From contig CAJTLE010000001.1 of the NCBI GenBank assembly GCA_910577085.1, positions 728-64,727 on the forward strand: a stretch of DNA of 64,000 nt. The letters are read 5' to 3'. The notes under the pieces were generated by a model, which searched no databases, was not told the origin of the DNA, and worked only from the letters and a program-made list of their open reading frames with translations. The translations under genes were made by a program, and so were the position numbers. Below, one piece after another: positions 49,834 through 59,997 of this stretch. Each line of letters begins with the position of its first letter. Positions within the stretch are counted from its first letter, which is position 1. The stretch comes from an uncultured Allobaculum sp. GTDB taxonomy: Bacteria; Bacillota_I; Bacilli_A; Erysipelotrichales; Erysipelotrichaceae.

Positions 49834-50733
49834 ATGGAAAATTTTAAATCTGGTGTGATCGCCATTGTCGGCCGGCCAAATGCCGGCAAGTCGACTCTGA
49901 TGAACGCTTTGCTTCACGAAAAAGTGGCCATCATGTCCGATAAACCGAATACAACTCGCAATAACATTGCGGGGATTCTGACCAATGACGATACCCAATA
50001 TGTCTTTATGGATACCCCGGGCATCCATAAACCCCAGCAGGAACTGGGACGGGTGCTCAATAAAAATGCCTATATTGCCATAGAAGATGCGGATGTCATC
50101 GGCTGGATTGTCGATGTGACCCAGTCTTTTGGTCCTGGCGATGAGTTTGTCTTAAACCGCCTGAAAGATGCTGGCAAACCTGTCGTGCTGCTGGTCAATA
50201 AAGTCGACCGCCTCAATAAAGAGAAACTGCTCAAACGCCTGGCATACTGGAGCAAGATTTATGACTTTGCGGAAATCGTTCCTTTGTCTGCTTTAAAACA
50301 GGACAACCTGGAAACGGTTCTGGAAGTCTTCCGTAAATATCTGCCAGAAGGCATGCCGCTTTATCCAAGTGAGATGAAGAGTGACCACGGACTGGTTTTC
50401 CAGCTCTGCGAGCTCGTCCGGGAAAAGATTCTGCTAAAAACCCATGAAGAAATCCCGCATTCGGTTGCTGTATTGCTGGAGAGCATGGAAGAAAAGAATG
50501 GCAAAGTCTATCTTTCGTTCCTGGTGATCGTTGATCGTGATTCCCAGAAAGGCATTCTGATTGGCAAAGGCGGCGATATGATCCGTGAGATCCGCCTGGC
50601 TGCCCAGAAAGAAATCAAGGAAAAGCTGAAAAAGCCAGTTAACATGGAACTGTATGTCCGGGTTGAAAAGAACTGGCGCAACAAAGAGTCCAAGATCAAA
50701 GAATTCGGTCTGGATGAACTTTCTGAAAACTAG
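49834..50733 (+). CDS. era: GTPase Era
   Basis: GRPNAGKST G1, DTPG G3, NKVD G4 and the C-terminal KH domain. Confidence 0.95.
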   Translation: MENFKSGVIAIVGRPNAGKSTLMNALLHEKVAIMSDKPNTTRNNIAGILTNDDTQYVFMDTPGIHKPQQELGRVLNKNAYIAIEDADVIGWIVDVTQSFGPGDEFVLNRLKDAGKPVVLLVNKVDRLNKEKLLKRLAYWSKIYDFAEIVPLSALKQDNLETVLEVFRKYLPEGMPLYPSEMKSDHGLVFQLCELVREKILLKTHEEIPHSVAVLLESMEEKNGKVYLSFLVIVDRDSQKGILIGKGGDMIREIRLAAQKEIKEKLKKPVNMELYVRVEKNWRNKESKIKEFGLDELSEN

Positions 50734-51019
50734 CTCTTGCATCCTGCTTTCTGTATTTTGACTGACCCGAAGAACTAAATTCATCAACATTCCCGACAGG
50801 AATTTCCCTGCCGGGATTTTTTCCACTACAAATAAGGGAAGAAACGAACTCAAACAGCCGGAATGAAAACAGAGCCCAGATCAAGGACAAAACAAGCCGG
50901 CTGTAATCTCAAGAAAGCCTGCCGTACGAACAGGAAAAATGAGGATGCAGGAATAGCAGGAACAGAGGCTGCAAGAATAGAAGCAACAAGAATCAGGAAA
51001 AACAGGAAGGAAGAAGAAT

Positions 51020-51805
51020 ATGAGTGAAGTGCTGCAGTTCCCCGTCAGTGAGCAGGGAGAGCCAAAAGTTGAAGGTCTGGTTCTGTCGATGATCGACTAT
51101 GAAGACCGCAATGGAATCCTTCATATCGCAACGCCAGAAAAAGTCTATTCGGTCTATGCCCGCGGCATCCAGTCACAGTCTTCGAAAAACCGAAGACTGG
51201 CCATGCCATTTTCGCGGGTCATTCTCAACTATGATCCGAAGTATTCGAAAAATATGATGTTTCTGGTCAATGGATCTGTTGAAAAGTCGTACTGGAAAGT
51301 CGGGGAATCTCTGGAAATGCAGACGGTCAGTTCAATCTTGACCAGCCTGATTGAATCGTATGGCATTGACCCGGACCTTTATGCCCATCTTGAAGCTTTC
51401 TGGTCCAATGTCCAGCAAGGTGAGATGAATCTGGCTCTGCTTCATGCCTGTCGGATTTTGACGGGGATTTTAAAAAAGACCGGAACGATTATGGATGTCG
51501 ATGAATGCGTAGTCTGTCAGACCAAAACAAAGATTGCCGGGGTCTCGATTGAAAACGGGGGTTTTGTCTGCAAAGAACATCTGGACCGGGAGCAGGGGGA
51601 TCTGGTCTTTTCCAAGAACGATCTGATTAAACTTCGGGGACTGGTCAAGATCAGGGAGGATCAGCTGGATGCGCTCTACTCCTTTCATTGGGACATGCCA
51701 TTTCTGGTGTTTTTGTTAGACTGGCTGGTCTATCACAATGACTATCACCTCAAAAGTCTGGACTTTCTGAAAATGTTGCTGCCCAAAAAGAAAACCGCCG
51801 TCTGA
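51020..51805 (+). CDS. recO: DNA repair protein RecO
   Basis: Position after era; CxxC...CxxH zinc motif (CVVCQTK...CKEH); 261 aa. Confidence 0.8.
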   Translation: MSEVLQFPVSEQGEPKVEGLVLSMIDYEDRNGILHIATPEKVYSVYARGIQSQSSKNRRLAMPFSRVILNYDPKYSKNMMFLVNGSVEKSYWKVGESLEMQTVSSILTSLIESYGIDPDLYAHLEAFWSNVQQGEMNLALLHACRILTGILKKTGTIMDVDECVVCQTKTKIAGVSIENGGFVCKEHLDREQGDLVFSKNDLIKLRGLVKIREDQLDALYSFHWDMPFLVFLLDWLVYHNDYHLKSLDFLKMLLPKKKTAV

Positions 51806-51828
51806 AAACAGACGACGGTTTGTTTTTG
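51793..51828. terminator. Bidirectional terminator between recO and rqcH
   Basis: AACCGCCGTCTG-AAAA-CAGACGACGGTT flanked by an A-run and a T-run. Confidence 0.75.
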
Positions 51829-51857
51829 ATCAAGGAGTTGTGTACAGAATGAATAGA

Positions 51858-53513
51858 CTAGAACGTTTCGTCTTCATCGACGTGGCGGGATTTGATGGCC
51901 GCTTCGATCTTTGGAGCATCCGGGTCAATATAAATGGTCTGATAGGATTTCATCGTGACAAATCCAGGTCCCTTTTTCGGGACTTTTTTCAGATTCGAAA
52001 TCCGGGTGTAGTCAATTGGCACACTGGAAGAGTTGCGTCCTTTGGAAAACCAGGCTGCCAGACTGGCCGCAAAACGGATTTCGTTTTCGGTTGGATTTTC
52101 GCTTCGCAAAACGACATGCGAGCCATGATAATCCTTAACATGGAACCACAGATCATTACGATGGGCCAGAGTCCAGGTGATGTACTGGTTTTGCAGGTTA
52201 TTCTTACCGGCATAAATCGTCGCATCGCCCATCCGGATTTCGACGATGTTGGGCATCTTTTTGCGTTTCTGGCGGGTGCTGTTCTGCTTGAGACGCATGA
52301 AATGACGGCCGGCCAGTTCCTGACGGATTTCGAGAACATCATCTGCGGAACAGTAATTGAGCTGTTCTTTAAGTGTTTCGAAGTAGTCAAGCTGATCCTG
52401 GCATTCTTCGATCTGTTCATTCAGAATTTCAATGGAGCGTTTGAGCTTGTGATACTTCTTGTAGAACAGATTGGCATTGTCTTTGAGCGAATAACGCATA
52501 TCAATCGGAATGGAAAGCATGACTCCTTCTTCTTCAAAGGAAGGCAGTTCCATGACTGGCTGTTTTTCCAGGTACAGATTGGCAAACAGAACATCGCCAT
52601 ACTGTCGGTAGCGGTCATAATCCTGGGATTCCTCAAGGGTTTCCTCCAGGCGGGGCAGTTTGCGGGAAAGCTTTTTGACTTCCCGGTCAACCGCTTTGAA
52701 GACATCCCCGCACTGCAGAGCAATGCGCTTGCGTGTTTCATCGGCTTCAAATAACCGTTCAAGCCCATCCATCAGCGGCATGGCTTTTTCTGGCTGCTTG
52801 AGATGGGTCAAAGGCAGGCAATGGTACTCCTTGTTATAGGTGTAAAGATTGGGGGAGTTTTCGAGCTCTTCCATGATCTGGTCATAGGACTGCCCATTTT
52901 GCATACGGAAGAGAAACTCTCTTGAAAGGGTCGGGGAAAAGCCTTCAATCTGGCTGACCAGACTCTTTTCAAGATTCAGAGGACCTGGATGAAGTGGATC
53001 ATAGCGGTCCGGTTTTTCCGGCAGGGTATATTCAGCTCCAGGATGAAGCAGACGCTTTGAGTTTTCAAAGACGGGGATTCGTTTGAGACAGTCGATGATC
53101 GTATTGGTTGCGGTATCGACCAGAACCAGGTTGGCATATTTGCCCATCATTTCGGCATACAGGTCATATTCAACGCGATCCGATAATTCGTTGGACGCAC
53201 TGATATGGAACCTGACCAGACGGTCATATCCCATCTGTTCAATCTCGGTGATATATCCCTGGCTGATCCGTTTGCGCAGCATCATGACAAACGCACTTGG
53301 ATTGGGAAGCGGCTCTTTCTGATTTGAACACAGATAGAGTCGGCAGGTATTGGAATGAGCCGACAAAGCCAGCCGGGTGGAACCCATTCCAGGTTTATGT
53401 AAATAAAACAGAACTTCTTCATCGGATAGACACTGAATCTTTCCGATTTTTGCGCCTTCGTATTTTTTTAAGTCACGAACGACGCGGTTGAGAAGCATTC
53501 CATCAAAAGGCAT
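51858..53513 (-). CDS. rqcH: Ribosome quality control protein RqcH (NFACT / FbpA-like)
   Basis: NFACT-N start MPFDGMLL... and NFACT-R DLWFHVKDYHGSHVVLR. ATG 53513 follows an AAAGGAGAG SD; the track ORF extends to 53633. Confidence 0.9.
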   Translation of the reverse strand: MPFDGMLLNRVVRDLKKYEGAKIGKIQCLSDEEVLFYLHKPGMGSTRLALSAHSNTCRLYLCSNQKEPLPNPSAFVMMLRKRISQGYITEIEQMGYDRLVRFHISASNELSDRVEYDLYAEMMGKYANLVLVDTATNTIIDCLKRIPVFENSKRLLHPGAEYTLPEKPDRYDPLHPGPLNLEKSLVSQIEGFSPTLSREFLFRMQNGQSYDQIMEELENSPNLYTYNKEYHCLPLTHLKQPEKAMPLMDGLERLFEADETRKRIALQCGDVFKAVDREVKKLSRKLPRLEETLEESQDYDRYRQYGDVLFANLYLEKQPVMELPSFEEEGVMLSIPIDMRYSLKDNANLFYKKYHKLKRSIEILNEQIEECQDQLDYFETLKEQLNYCSADDVLEIRQELAGRHFMRLKQNSTRQKRKKMPNIVEIRMGDATIYAGKNNLQNQYITWTLAHRNDLWFHVKDYHGSHVVLRSENPTENEIRFAASLAAWFSKGRNSSSVPIDYTRISNLKKVPKKGPGFVTMKSYQTIYIDPDAPKIEAAIKSRHVDEDETF

Positions 53514-53906
53514 ATAAACTCTCCTTTCCAGAAGAACATAAATCCCTATATTACAGGAACTATGCTCATTTTGACAGGACGTTTTCAATATAGCAGGTGA
53601 TGAGCCTGTTGTCAGGAAGATGAAAAGGACCAAGACGACAGCAGTCGGGAAAAATACAGATTGAGATTCAGCATAAAAATGAATGTTGGTAATTAAATAT
53701 TTGATACGTGCATTTAATAGAATTAATTTTTCATAATTCTAAACTAAAACAATTGAAGTTCCTGTACAATAGGGACAAAACAGCTTCCCGCTTTGGATGT
53801 ATAGAACTGGCCTGACGTCTTTTTGACCAGAAGCATTTCTAAGTGACCAAAGACTGATGGCTGTAAATTCCAGCTGGAAATCTGGCTGTAAATAAGGAGA
53901 AATGCT

Positions 53907-54788
53907 ATGTCCCTGACCAAGAAAACCCTCATCGCGATGCTTGCCTGCAGTCTTTGTTTAACAGGCTGCCATTCATCGACATCAAATGTCACGGATGAAT
54001 CCTATTCCAGTGTGGCTGCTCAAGTCCCTGATCAGCAGCCATCTGCTGAAGACGCCGCAGAAGAAGCAGGTTTGTTATTGCGGCTGATGCGTTCGTGTGC
54101 TTTGCAGAGTGCCAAAGAGGAATTTGAAAGTCCGGCCGTCATTTATAACCGCCAAACGACGACGGATCGCTGGATGATCGTTTTTAAGGCTGAAGGTGCG
54201 CTCTATGAGATTGAATTGATGACGGATTTAAGCGGCGGCATCATAACCTGTTATGCACTCCAGTTTAAAAATGGTCGTCTGACCAGGATGAATATGAATC
54301 TGGAGGAGGGAACTCTCTACAATGTCGGAGCTGTATTTGAAAAAGAGGCTGAGTTTAAAGACGATTTTGATGCACAGATTCAAGATGACGTCCTGAATGC
54401 TCTGTCATTGGATTCCTTCTCCCTGATCCGTGAATTTCCTGATTTCTTTGAAGTCTGGAAACATGCCAGGTCGGATGTCCATTGCCAATATGGCTGGAGA
54501 GTGACAGATCGAGAGGCGTTGTCAGAGGCGATCAGTAAATCCCGGTATGCCACACTCGGCAATACCCTTCCGCCTGATTTTTTCGGGACCTTTACGGTTG
54601 TGGAAAGCGGGGCAGTCATTGAGTGGAGCAATACTGAATTTGAGGGGCGCCAGAGCGTTGGTGCCATCCGGATGCTCGAGAGCATGAACACGCAATTCTG
54701 GATTGATTTTTTCAACAATCCGCTGCCAGCAGAAGAAAGTACAGTAGATCTGGCTGGAGCATGGCCGCAGAACCTGCCCGCTTTCTAG
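53907..54788 (+). CDS. Lipoprotein of unknown function
   Basis: Signal peptide with lipobox CLTGC(H); 293 aa; no family recognised. Confidence 0.65.
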   Translation: MSLTKKTLIAMLACSLCLTGCHSSTSNVTDESYSSVAAQVPDQQPSAEDAAEEAGLLLRLMRSCALQSAKEEFESPAVIYNRQTTTDRWMIVFKAEGALYEIELMTDLSGGIITCYALQFKNGRLTRMNMNLEEGTLYNVGAVFEKEAEFKDDFDAQIQDDVLNALSLDSFSLIREFPDFFEVWKHARSDVHCQYGWRVTDREALSEAISKSRYATLGNTLPPDFFGTFTVVESGAVIEWSNTEFEGRQSVGAIRMLESMNTQFWIDFFNNPLPAEESTVDLAGAWPQNLPAF

Positions 54789-54849
54789 AATCCAAAAAGA
54801 TTGAAAACCGGAAGATCAGGCCGGAAAAACGGGCCTGGAAAGTCAGAGC

Positions 54850-54877
54850 AGAAAAAAAGGATACTGTGAAGTATCCA
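54850..54877 (-). terminator. Rho-independent terminator of the pst operon
   Basis: GGATAC-TGTGAA-GTATCC, with an A7 run on the plus strand that gives a T-run on the minus strand. Confidence 0.7.
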
Positions 54878-54942
54878 ACAGTTTGTTCGAAGAGTTGGTG
54901 ATCGATCTCAGGAACAAACAACAATCAATATCCAAAGAACAA

Positions 54943-55698
54943 TCAACCAAAGACACCAGTGACATAGTCTTTGGTTTTTTGCATGGCAGGATTTGTGAAC
55001 AGCGTTTTCGAGTCTGTGCACTCAATCAGCTCACCCTGATAGAAGAAAGCCGTCTGATCTGCAATGCGCATCGCCTGCTGGAGGTTATGAGTGACGATCA
55101 CGATCGTGTAGTTCTTTTTCAGCTCCAGGCAAAGTTCTTCGATTTTGGCAGTAGAGATTGGATCGAGCGCACTGGTCGGTTCATCCATCAACAGAATTTC
55201 GGGATCAGCCGCCAGCGCTCTGGCGATGCATAAGCGCTGCTGCTGACCACCGGAAAGGGATAAGGCAGATTTTTTCAGATCCTCTTTGACTTCTTCATAC
55301 AGCGAAGCCTGTTTGAGGGCTTCAATGACAATGGTTTCCAGGCGGGCTTTGTTTTTCTCGCCATGGGTGCGGGGACCATAGGCGACATTATCGAAAATGC
55401 TCATGGGAAAGGGATTCGGTTTCTGGAAAACCATGCCGACGCGCTTGCGCAGGGCATTGAGGTTTACATCGCCATATATGTTTTCCTGTTCAAGCAGGAT
55501 TTCTCCTTCAACTTTGCAGCCGGCAATCAGATCGTTCATTCGATTCAGACAGCGAAGAAAGGTGGATTTTCCACATCCGCTTGGGCCGATCAGGGCCGTG
55601 ATGGAATGTTCCGGAATTTCCATGGAAATCTTATGTAAGGCGGGTTTTCCGTTGTAGCTGACCTGCACGTCATGGGCCAGCAGAATATTTGGATTCAT
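54943..55698 (-). CDS. pstB: Phosphate ABC transporter ATP-binding protein
   Basis: [20 protein letters not shown] is the PstB-specific Walker A context, with [15 protein letters not shown]. Confidence 0.95.
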   Translation of the reverse strand: MNPNILLAHDVQVSYNGKPALHKISMEIPEHSITALIGPSGCGKSTFLRCLNRMNDLIAGCKVEGEILLEQENIYGDVNLNALRKRVGMVFQKPNPFPMSIFDNVAYGPRTHGEKNKARLETIVIEALKQASLYEEVKEDLKKSALSLSGGQQQRLCIARALAADPEILLMDEPTSALDPISTAKIEELCLELKKNYTIVIVTHNLQQAMRIADQTAFFYQGELIECTDSKTLFTNPAMQKTKDYVTGVFG

Positions 55699-55701
55699 AG
55701 A

Positions 55702-56619
55702 TCAGAGTCCTTTCGTCATTTTTCGCTCCAGCATTTTCTGGGCGAGATTCATTGCGATACAGAATGCCAGCAGGACAACCGCTGTGGCATTGGCCTGATG
55801 AGTATACAGGCCTTCATTGAGCAGTTTGTACAGATGAACGGAAAGTGTAGCACCTGGATCGAACAGGTTGAAGGCTGCTTTGGCCAGCGTTCCTGAGGTA
55901 TAGATCAGGGCAGCAGACTCTCCAAGAATACGTCCTGAAGCCAAAAGGACACCGGAAAAGATGCCAGTTGCGGCTTGTGGAAGAACAACTTTAAAAATTG
56001 TCTGTACCCAGCCTGCTCCCAGCGCAAAGCTGGCTTCACGCATGGAAGTCGGCACTGCGTGCAGTGCTTCCTGGGAAGTGCGCAGAATCAATGGCAGTAC
56101 GAGAATCGCCAGCGTCAGAATGCCGGAAAGCATTGAGAGTCCCATATGAAGGGCATACCCAAAGAAAAGCATGCCAAACAGACCGAAGACAATCGAAGGA
56201 ATGCCAGCCAGGGTCTGGGCGGTGATCGAAACCAGTTCGACAAATTTTGAACCGGGCTTTGCATATTCTTCCAGATAAATCGCCGCCCCGATTCCGACCG
56301 GTAAAGCAATCGCCAGAGTTGCGATAATCATCAAGACCGTATTGATGATGGCTGGCATCATCGAGACGTTCTGTGTGGTGTACGTCCAGGAAAACAAATC
56401 GGCTGTGAGCCAGGGAAGACCATTGATCACAATGTAAAGGATCAGTCCAACTAGAATGGCGGCACAACAAAACGCAGCCAGAGAACAGAGTGTCCGTAAA
56501 GCCAGCCCGATGCGGTCCGTTTTCTTTTCGGTCAGATTGACGCGGGCTTTTTTGCGGGGCTTGGAAGGCGTAAGGGGGACAGGCTGAAGAACAGCAGTCG
56601 TCTGCAAGGAAGGTTTCAT
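55702..56619 (-). CDS. pstA: Phosphate ABC transporter permease PstA
   Basis: Polytopic permease in the pstC-pstA-pstB order. Confidence 0.9.
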   Translation of the reverse strand: MKPSLQTTAVLQPVPLTPSKPRKKARVNLTEKKTDRIGLALRTLCSLAAFCCAAILVGLILYIVINGLPWLTADLFSWTYTTQNVSMMPAIINTVLMIIATLAIALPVGIGAAIYLEEYAKPGSKFVELVSITAQTLAGIPSIVFGLFGMLFFGYALHMGLSMLSGILTLAILVLPLILRTSQEALHAVPTSMREASFALGAGWVQTIFKVVLPQAATGIFSGVLLASGRILGESAALIYTSGTLAKAAFNLFDPGATLSVHLYKLLNEGLYTHQANATAVVLLAFCIAMNLAQKMLERKMTKGL

Positions 56620-56632
56620 CGTTTACTCCTTG

Positions 56633-57487
56633 TCATCCGTTTCGATGACGGGCTTTGAAAAAGCCGATATTCATAATTAGAATCAGCACAAACAGAATTG
56701 CGCCCATCGCAATCAGGGCCTGGCGGTGCAGACCGGAAGCATAGGACATTTCCAGAACAATTCCAGTGGTGAGCGTGCGGACAGGCGAGAGGATACTGGC
56801 AGGCAGAATCGCGGCATTGCCGGCGACCATGATTACGGCCATGGTTTCGCCGATGGCGCGGCTGATTCCCAAAATTGCTGCCGTGCCGATCCCTCTGGCA
56901 GCAGCCGGCAGGCAGACAAAGAAGACGGTATGATCATGCCCGGCTCCCAGGGCGCGGCTTGCTTCATAGAAAGAAGGATCAATTTTCTGCAGGGCATTTT
57001 CACTCACGGATACAATCGTTGGCAGGATCATGATCGCCAAAAGCAGGGAAGCGCACAGAATGCCTTTCCCGCTGGATCCGACGAATACTTTCTGCATCCA
57101 CCCAACCAGAACCACCAGTCCAAAAAAACCAAAGACAACACTTGGAATTCCGGCCAATAGATCAATGGCTGACTTGAGTGGTTCATAAAGTTTTTTCGGA
57201 CAATAGTACGCAAGATAGACAGCGGTAAGAACGCCAAGGGGCACTCCAAAGAGCGCGGATCCAAGCCCCAGGCAGATCGAACCAACAATCATGGCCAGAA
57301 TTCCATAGTGTCCCTGCGAAGGCGCCCAGTGGGCTGAACCCAGAAAGTTCAGCGGCCCGATTTTCACAATGGCCGGCAATCCATTGGCAAACAGAAACCA
57401 GCAGATCAGCGCGACACTTAAAATACAGAGTGCTGCACATCCCGCAAACAGAATCTGAAGCCAGGTTTCTTTTCGACTTGAGACCAT
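56633..57487 (-). CDS. pstC: Phosphate ABC transporter permease PstC
   Basis: Polytopic permease with an EASRALGA EAA-loop motif, adjacent to pstS. Confidence 0.9.
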   Translation of the reverse strand: MVSSRKETWLQILFAGCAALCILSVALICWFLFANGLPAIVKIGPLNFLGSAHWAPSQGHYGILAMIVGSICLGLGSALFGVPLGVLTAVYLAYYCPKKLYEPLKSAIDLLAGIPSVVFGFFGLVVLVGWMQKVFVGSSGKGILCASLLLAIMILPTIVSVSENALQKIDPSFYEASRALGAGHDHTVFFVCLPAAARGIGTAAILGISRAIGETMAVIMVAGNAAILPASILSPVRTLTTGIVLEMSYASGLHRQALIAMGAILFVLILIMNIGFFKARHRNG

Positions 57488-57490
57488 AAG

Positions 57491-58360
57491 CTAGTTCAAC
57501 TCGCTCCAGTCGGTCACTGCACCGGTATAAATGTCCTGGACCTGACTCTTGCTTAAGCTGTCTACGGGATTGTCCACACTGACAATCAGGACAATGCCAT
57601 CCTGGGCAATCGGCGTGCTGATTAAAGACTGGCTCTTTTCTTCTTCTTTCAACTCACGGGAAAGCATACCGATGTCATAGACACCTTCAGCAGTGGAACT
57701 TGCACCAGTGGAAGAATCGGTCTGTAAAACGGAAATTTCTGCCTGATCATTTTGTTTCTGATAGTCTTCCGCAAGTTTTTCCATGACCGGGGTAACCGAA
57801 GAGGAACCACCAACCGTCAGGGATCCGCTTACACCATCAGAACTCCAGCTGCCGGAATTGGCGATGGGCACGTAGCCGGCATCCGCAATGATTTTCTGAC
57901 CCTGATCACTGAGAATGTATTCTTTAAAATCAGCGGCCAGTTCGTTTTCTGCCCCCTCTTTTTCAACAATCAGAAAGGGACGACTGATGGAATACGTTCC
58001 ATCGGTGACGGTTTCAACACTTGGCTTTACTCCATCGATCGCGAGCGCTTTGATCGTATCATTCAGACTGCCAAGCGAAATGTAGCCAATCGCATTGGGA
58101 TTCTGGGTGACGGTTGCCATCATGACAGCGGTTGAATTGGTGATTTCAGCATCGGGAACGGTCAGATCCTGACCATCCTTTTCCAGCTGGAATAATTCAC
58201 TGAAAGCGGATCTTGTCCCGCTGCCATCTTCACGGCTTAAAACTGAAATGGGACTGGCTGACGAAGAAGAAGCCGGATTTGACTGGCTGCATCCTCCAAT
58301 CATGAGTGCCGTTAAGGCGGCTGCTCCAACTTTTTGAAGCATCGTTTTACTTGTTTTCAT
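57491..58360 (-). CDS. pstS: Phosphate-binding lipoprotein PstS
   Basis: Lipobox LMIGGC and SREDGSGTR phosphate-binding motif. ATG 58360 follows a GAGGTG SD; the track start is 58381. Confidence 0.9.
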   Translation of the reverse strand: MKTSKTMLQKVGAAALTALMIGGCSQSNPASSSSASPISVLSREDGSGTRSAFSELFQLEKDGQDLTVPDAEITNSTAVMMATVTQNPNAIGYISLGSLNDTIKALAIDGVKPSVETVTDGTYSISRPFLIVEKEGAENELAADFKEYILSDQGQKIIADAGYVPIANSGSWSSDGVSGSLTVGGSSSVTPVMEKLAEDYQKQNDQAEISVLQTDSSTGASSTAEGVYDIGMLSRELKEEEKSQSLISTPIAQDGIVLIVSVDNPVDSLSKSQVQDIYTGAVTDWSELN

Positions 58361-58717
58361 TGTTTTGCACCTCGATTTCACGCGGCCAGTATAGAAGATG
58401 GATGTTAATCCTTAAGCGGGATCTGGTAAGGACATGGGAAAACTTCGGTAAAAAAATCGTGGAGTCGGGAAAGAAGAAAGTGAACTTTGTGGGGAAAGTC
58501 AAAATGAAGGCTCAAAGAGACGAGAGGTGCTATGATTTCAATTTAAATGCGCTTGATGCCAGACAAAAGCCTGCTCAGTCCATCATCGAAATCGTAAAAA
58601 CAAATCGGACTGGCTTTCAGGCTCACTTTGGATGCAGTTTTCGTTAAACTGTAGGTATCCAACGCAAGTTGAATCCACCAGAAATGCATTTTGTAATTTT
58701 GTAAAGGAGTCTGTTTT

Positions 58718-59287
58718 ATGAGTGAACCGAAAATTATTGTTTTAAGCGGCCCAAGCGGCGTCGGAAAGGGAACCATCCGGAAAATGCTGGATATGGATGC
58801 CCTGAATTTAGTCAATTCGGTCAGCTGGACCACGCGTGATCCCCGTCCGGAAGATATCGAAGGCGTAACCTATCATTTTGTCAGCCAGGACGAATTCCAG
58901 AAAAATACTGACGAAGATGGCTTCGTTGAACATGCCGGCTATACCAACAATGCCTATGGCACCCCGAAAAAGCAGCTGGAAGACTGGATAGCCCAGGGTA
59001 AGAATGTTCTGCTGGAAATTGAAGTGAATGGCGCCAAACAGGTCATGGAAAAATATCCGGAAGCTGTTTCGATTTTCCTGATTCCGCCAACGATTGAAGA
59101 TCTCAGAAAACGTCTGATCGGCCGCAAGTCGGAAGATGAAGCCAAGATCCAGGCCAGACTGGAAACAGCCGAAAAAGAGCTTGCCCAGAAAGACAACTAT
59201 CAGTACCAGGTTGTTAATGATGATGCAGAGCGTGCTGCTAAAGAAGTGGCTGACATTATTCAAAGCTGCACGAATGGCAAGCAGTGA
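58718..59287 (+). CDS. gmk: Guanylate kinase
   Basis: IVLSGPSGVGKGT P-loop and SWTTRDPRPEDIEGVTYHFVS. Confidence 0.95.
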   Translation: MSEPKIIVLSGPSGVGKGTIRKMLDMDALNLVNSVSWTTRDPRPEDIEGVTYHFVSQDEFQKNTDEDGFVEHAGYTNNAYGTPKKQLEDWIAQGKNVLLEIEVNGAKQVMEKYPEAVSIFLIPPTIEDLRKRLIGRKSEDEAKIQARLETAEKELAQKDNYQYQVVNDDAERAAKEVADIIQSCTNGKQ

Positions 59288-59521
59288 AACCCTGTCTTTT
59301 GCCAATCCCCGGGCGGCTCAAGAGCCAATAAAAGAAAGTCGCGAAGGTAAAAGAGAAATCAAACTTTCAATTCAAAATCATCCGGTTGTCCTCGCTTGAT
59401 GGAGAATTGAACAGGTGCTAAACTGATTTCAGAATCAATCCTGAGGGAGCGGGGATCCGCTCCCTTAGATTTTGTCTGGAGAATGAAAAAACATTCTCAC
59501 TAAGGTTTATAAGGAGTATAA

Positions 59522-59980
59522 ATGGAGAATCTGAAAACCTGGATCGAACCACTTCTCGAAGCACAGGGTTGTACTTTGTATGATCTCGAATGGGATACAA
59601 AGATGAAACCTCCAGTTTTACGCGTCATGATCGACCGTGAAGATGGCGGTGTAGATCTTGATTTATGTGCAGCCTGCTCGGAAGAGATTTCCAAGCATCT
59701 CGATGAAACCGATGAAATTCCACAGGAATATATGCTTGAAGTCTGCAGCCCGGGTGCTGAGCGTGAACTGAGAACTGAAAAACAGATCGAAGCCCAAGTC
59801 GGCAAGTATGTCACAGTCAAAATGAAAGAGCCAGTTGATGGCTTTCATGAAGTTCTTGCCAAGCTCGACGAAGTCAGTCCCGAAGCTTTAAAGTTAAGCT
59901 TCTTTGTCAAAGGACGCCCAAAGAAACTGAGCGTGGATCGAACCAATATTGCGCTGATTAAAAGTGCAGTCAAAGTATAA
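59522..59980 (+). CDS. rimP: Ribosome maturation factor RimP
   Basis: 152 aa; LEVCSPGAEREL motif; directly upstream of nusA. Confidence 0.9.
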   Translation: MENLKTWIEPLLEAQGCTLYDLEWDTKMKPPVLRVMIDREDGGVDLDLCAACSEEISKHLDETDEIPQEYMLEVCSPGAERELRTEKQIEAQVGKYVTVKMKEPVDGFHEVLAKLDEVSPEALKLSFFVKGRPKKLSVDRTNIALIKSAVKV

Positions 59981-59997
59981 AAACAACAGAGGAAAAT

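Noticed and set aside
59136-59399. 87-aa ORF at the gmk 3' end, considered as rpoZ, which usually follows gmk
   Set aside because: It overlaps gmk out of frame, and its sequence bears no resemblance to the RpoZ N-terminal motif. rpoZ appears to be absent from this locus.
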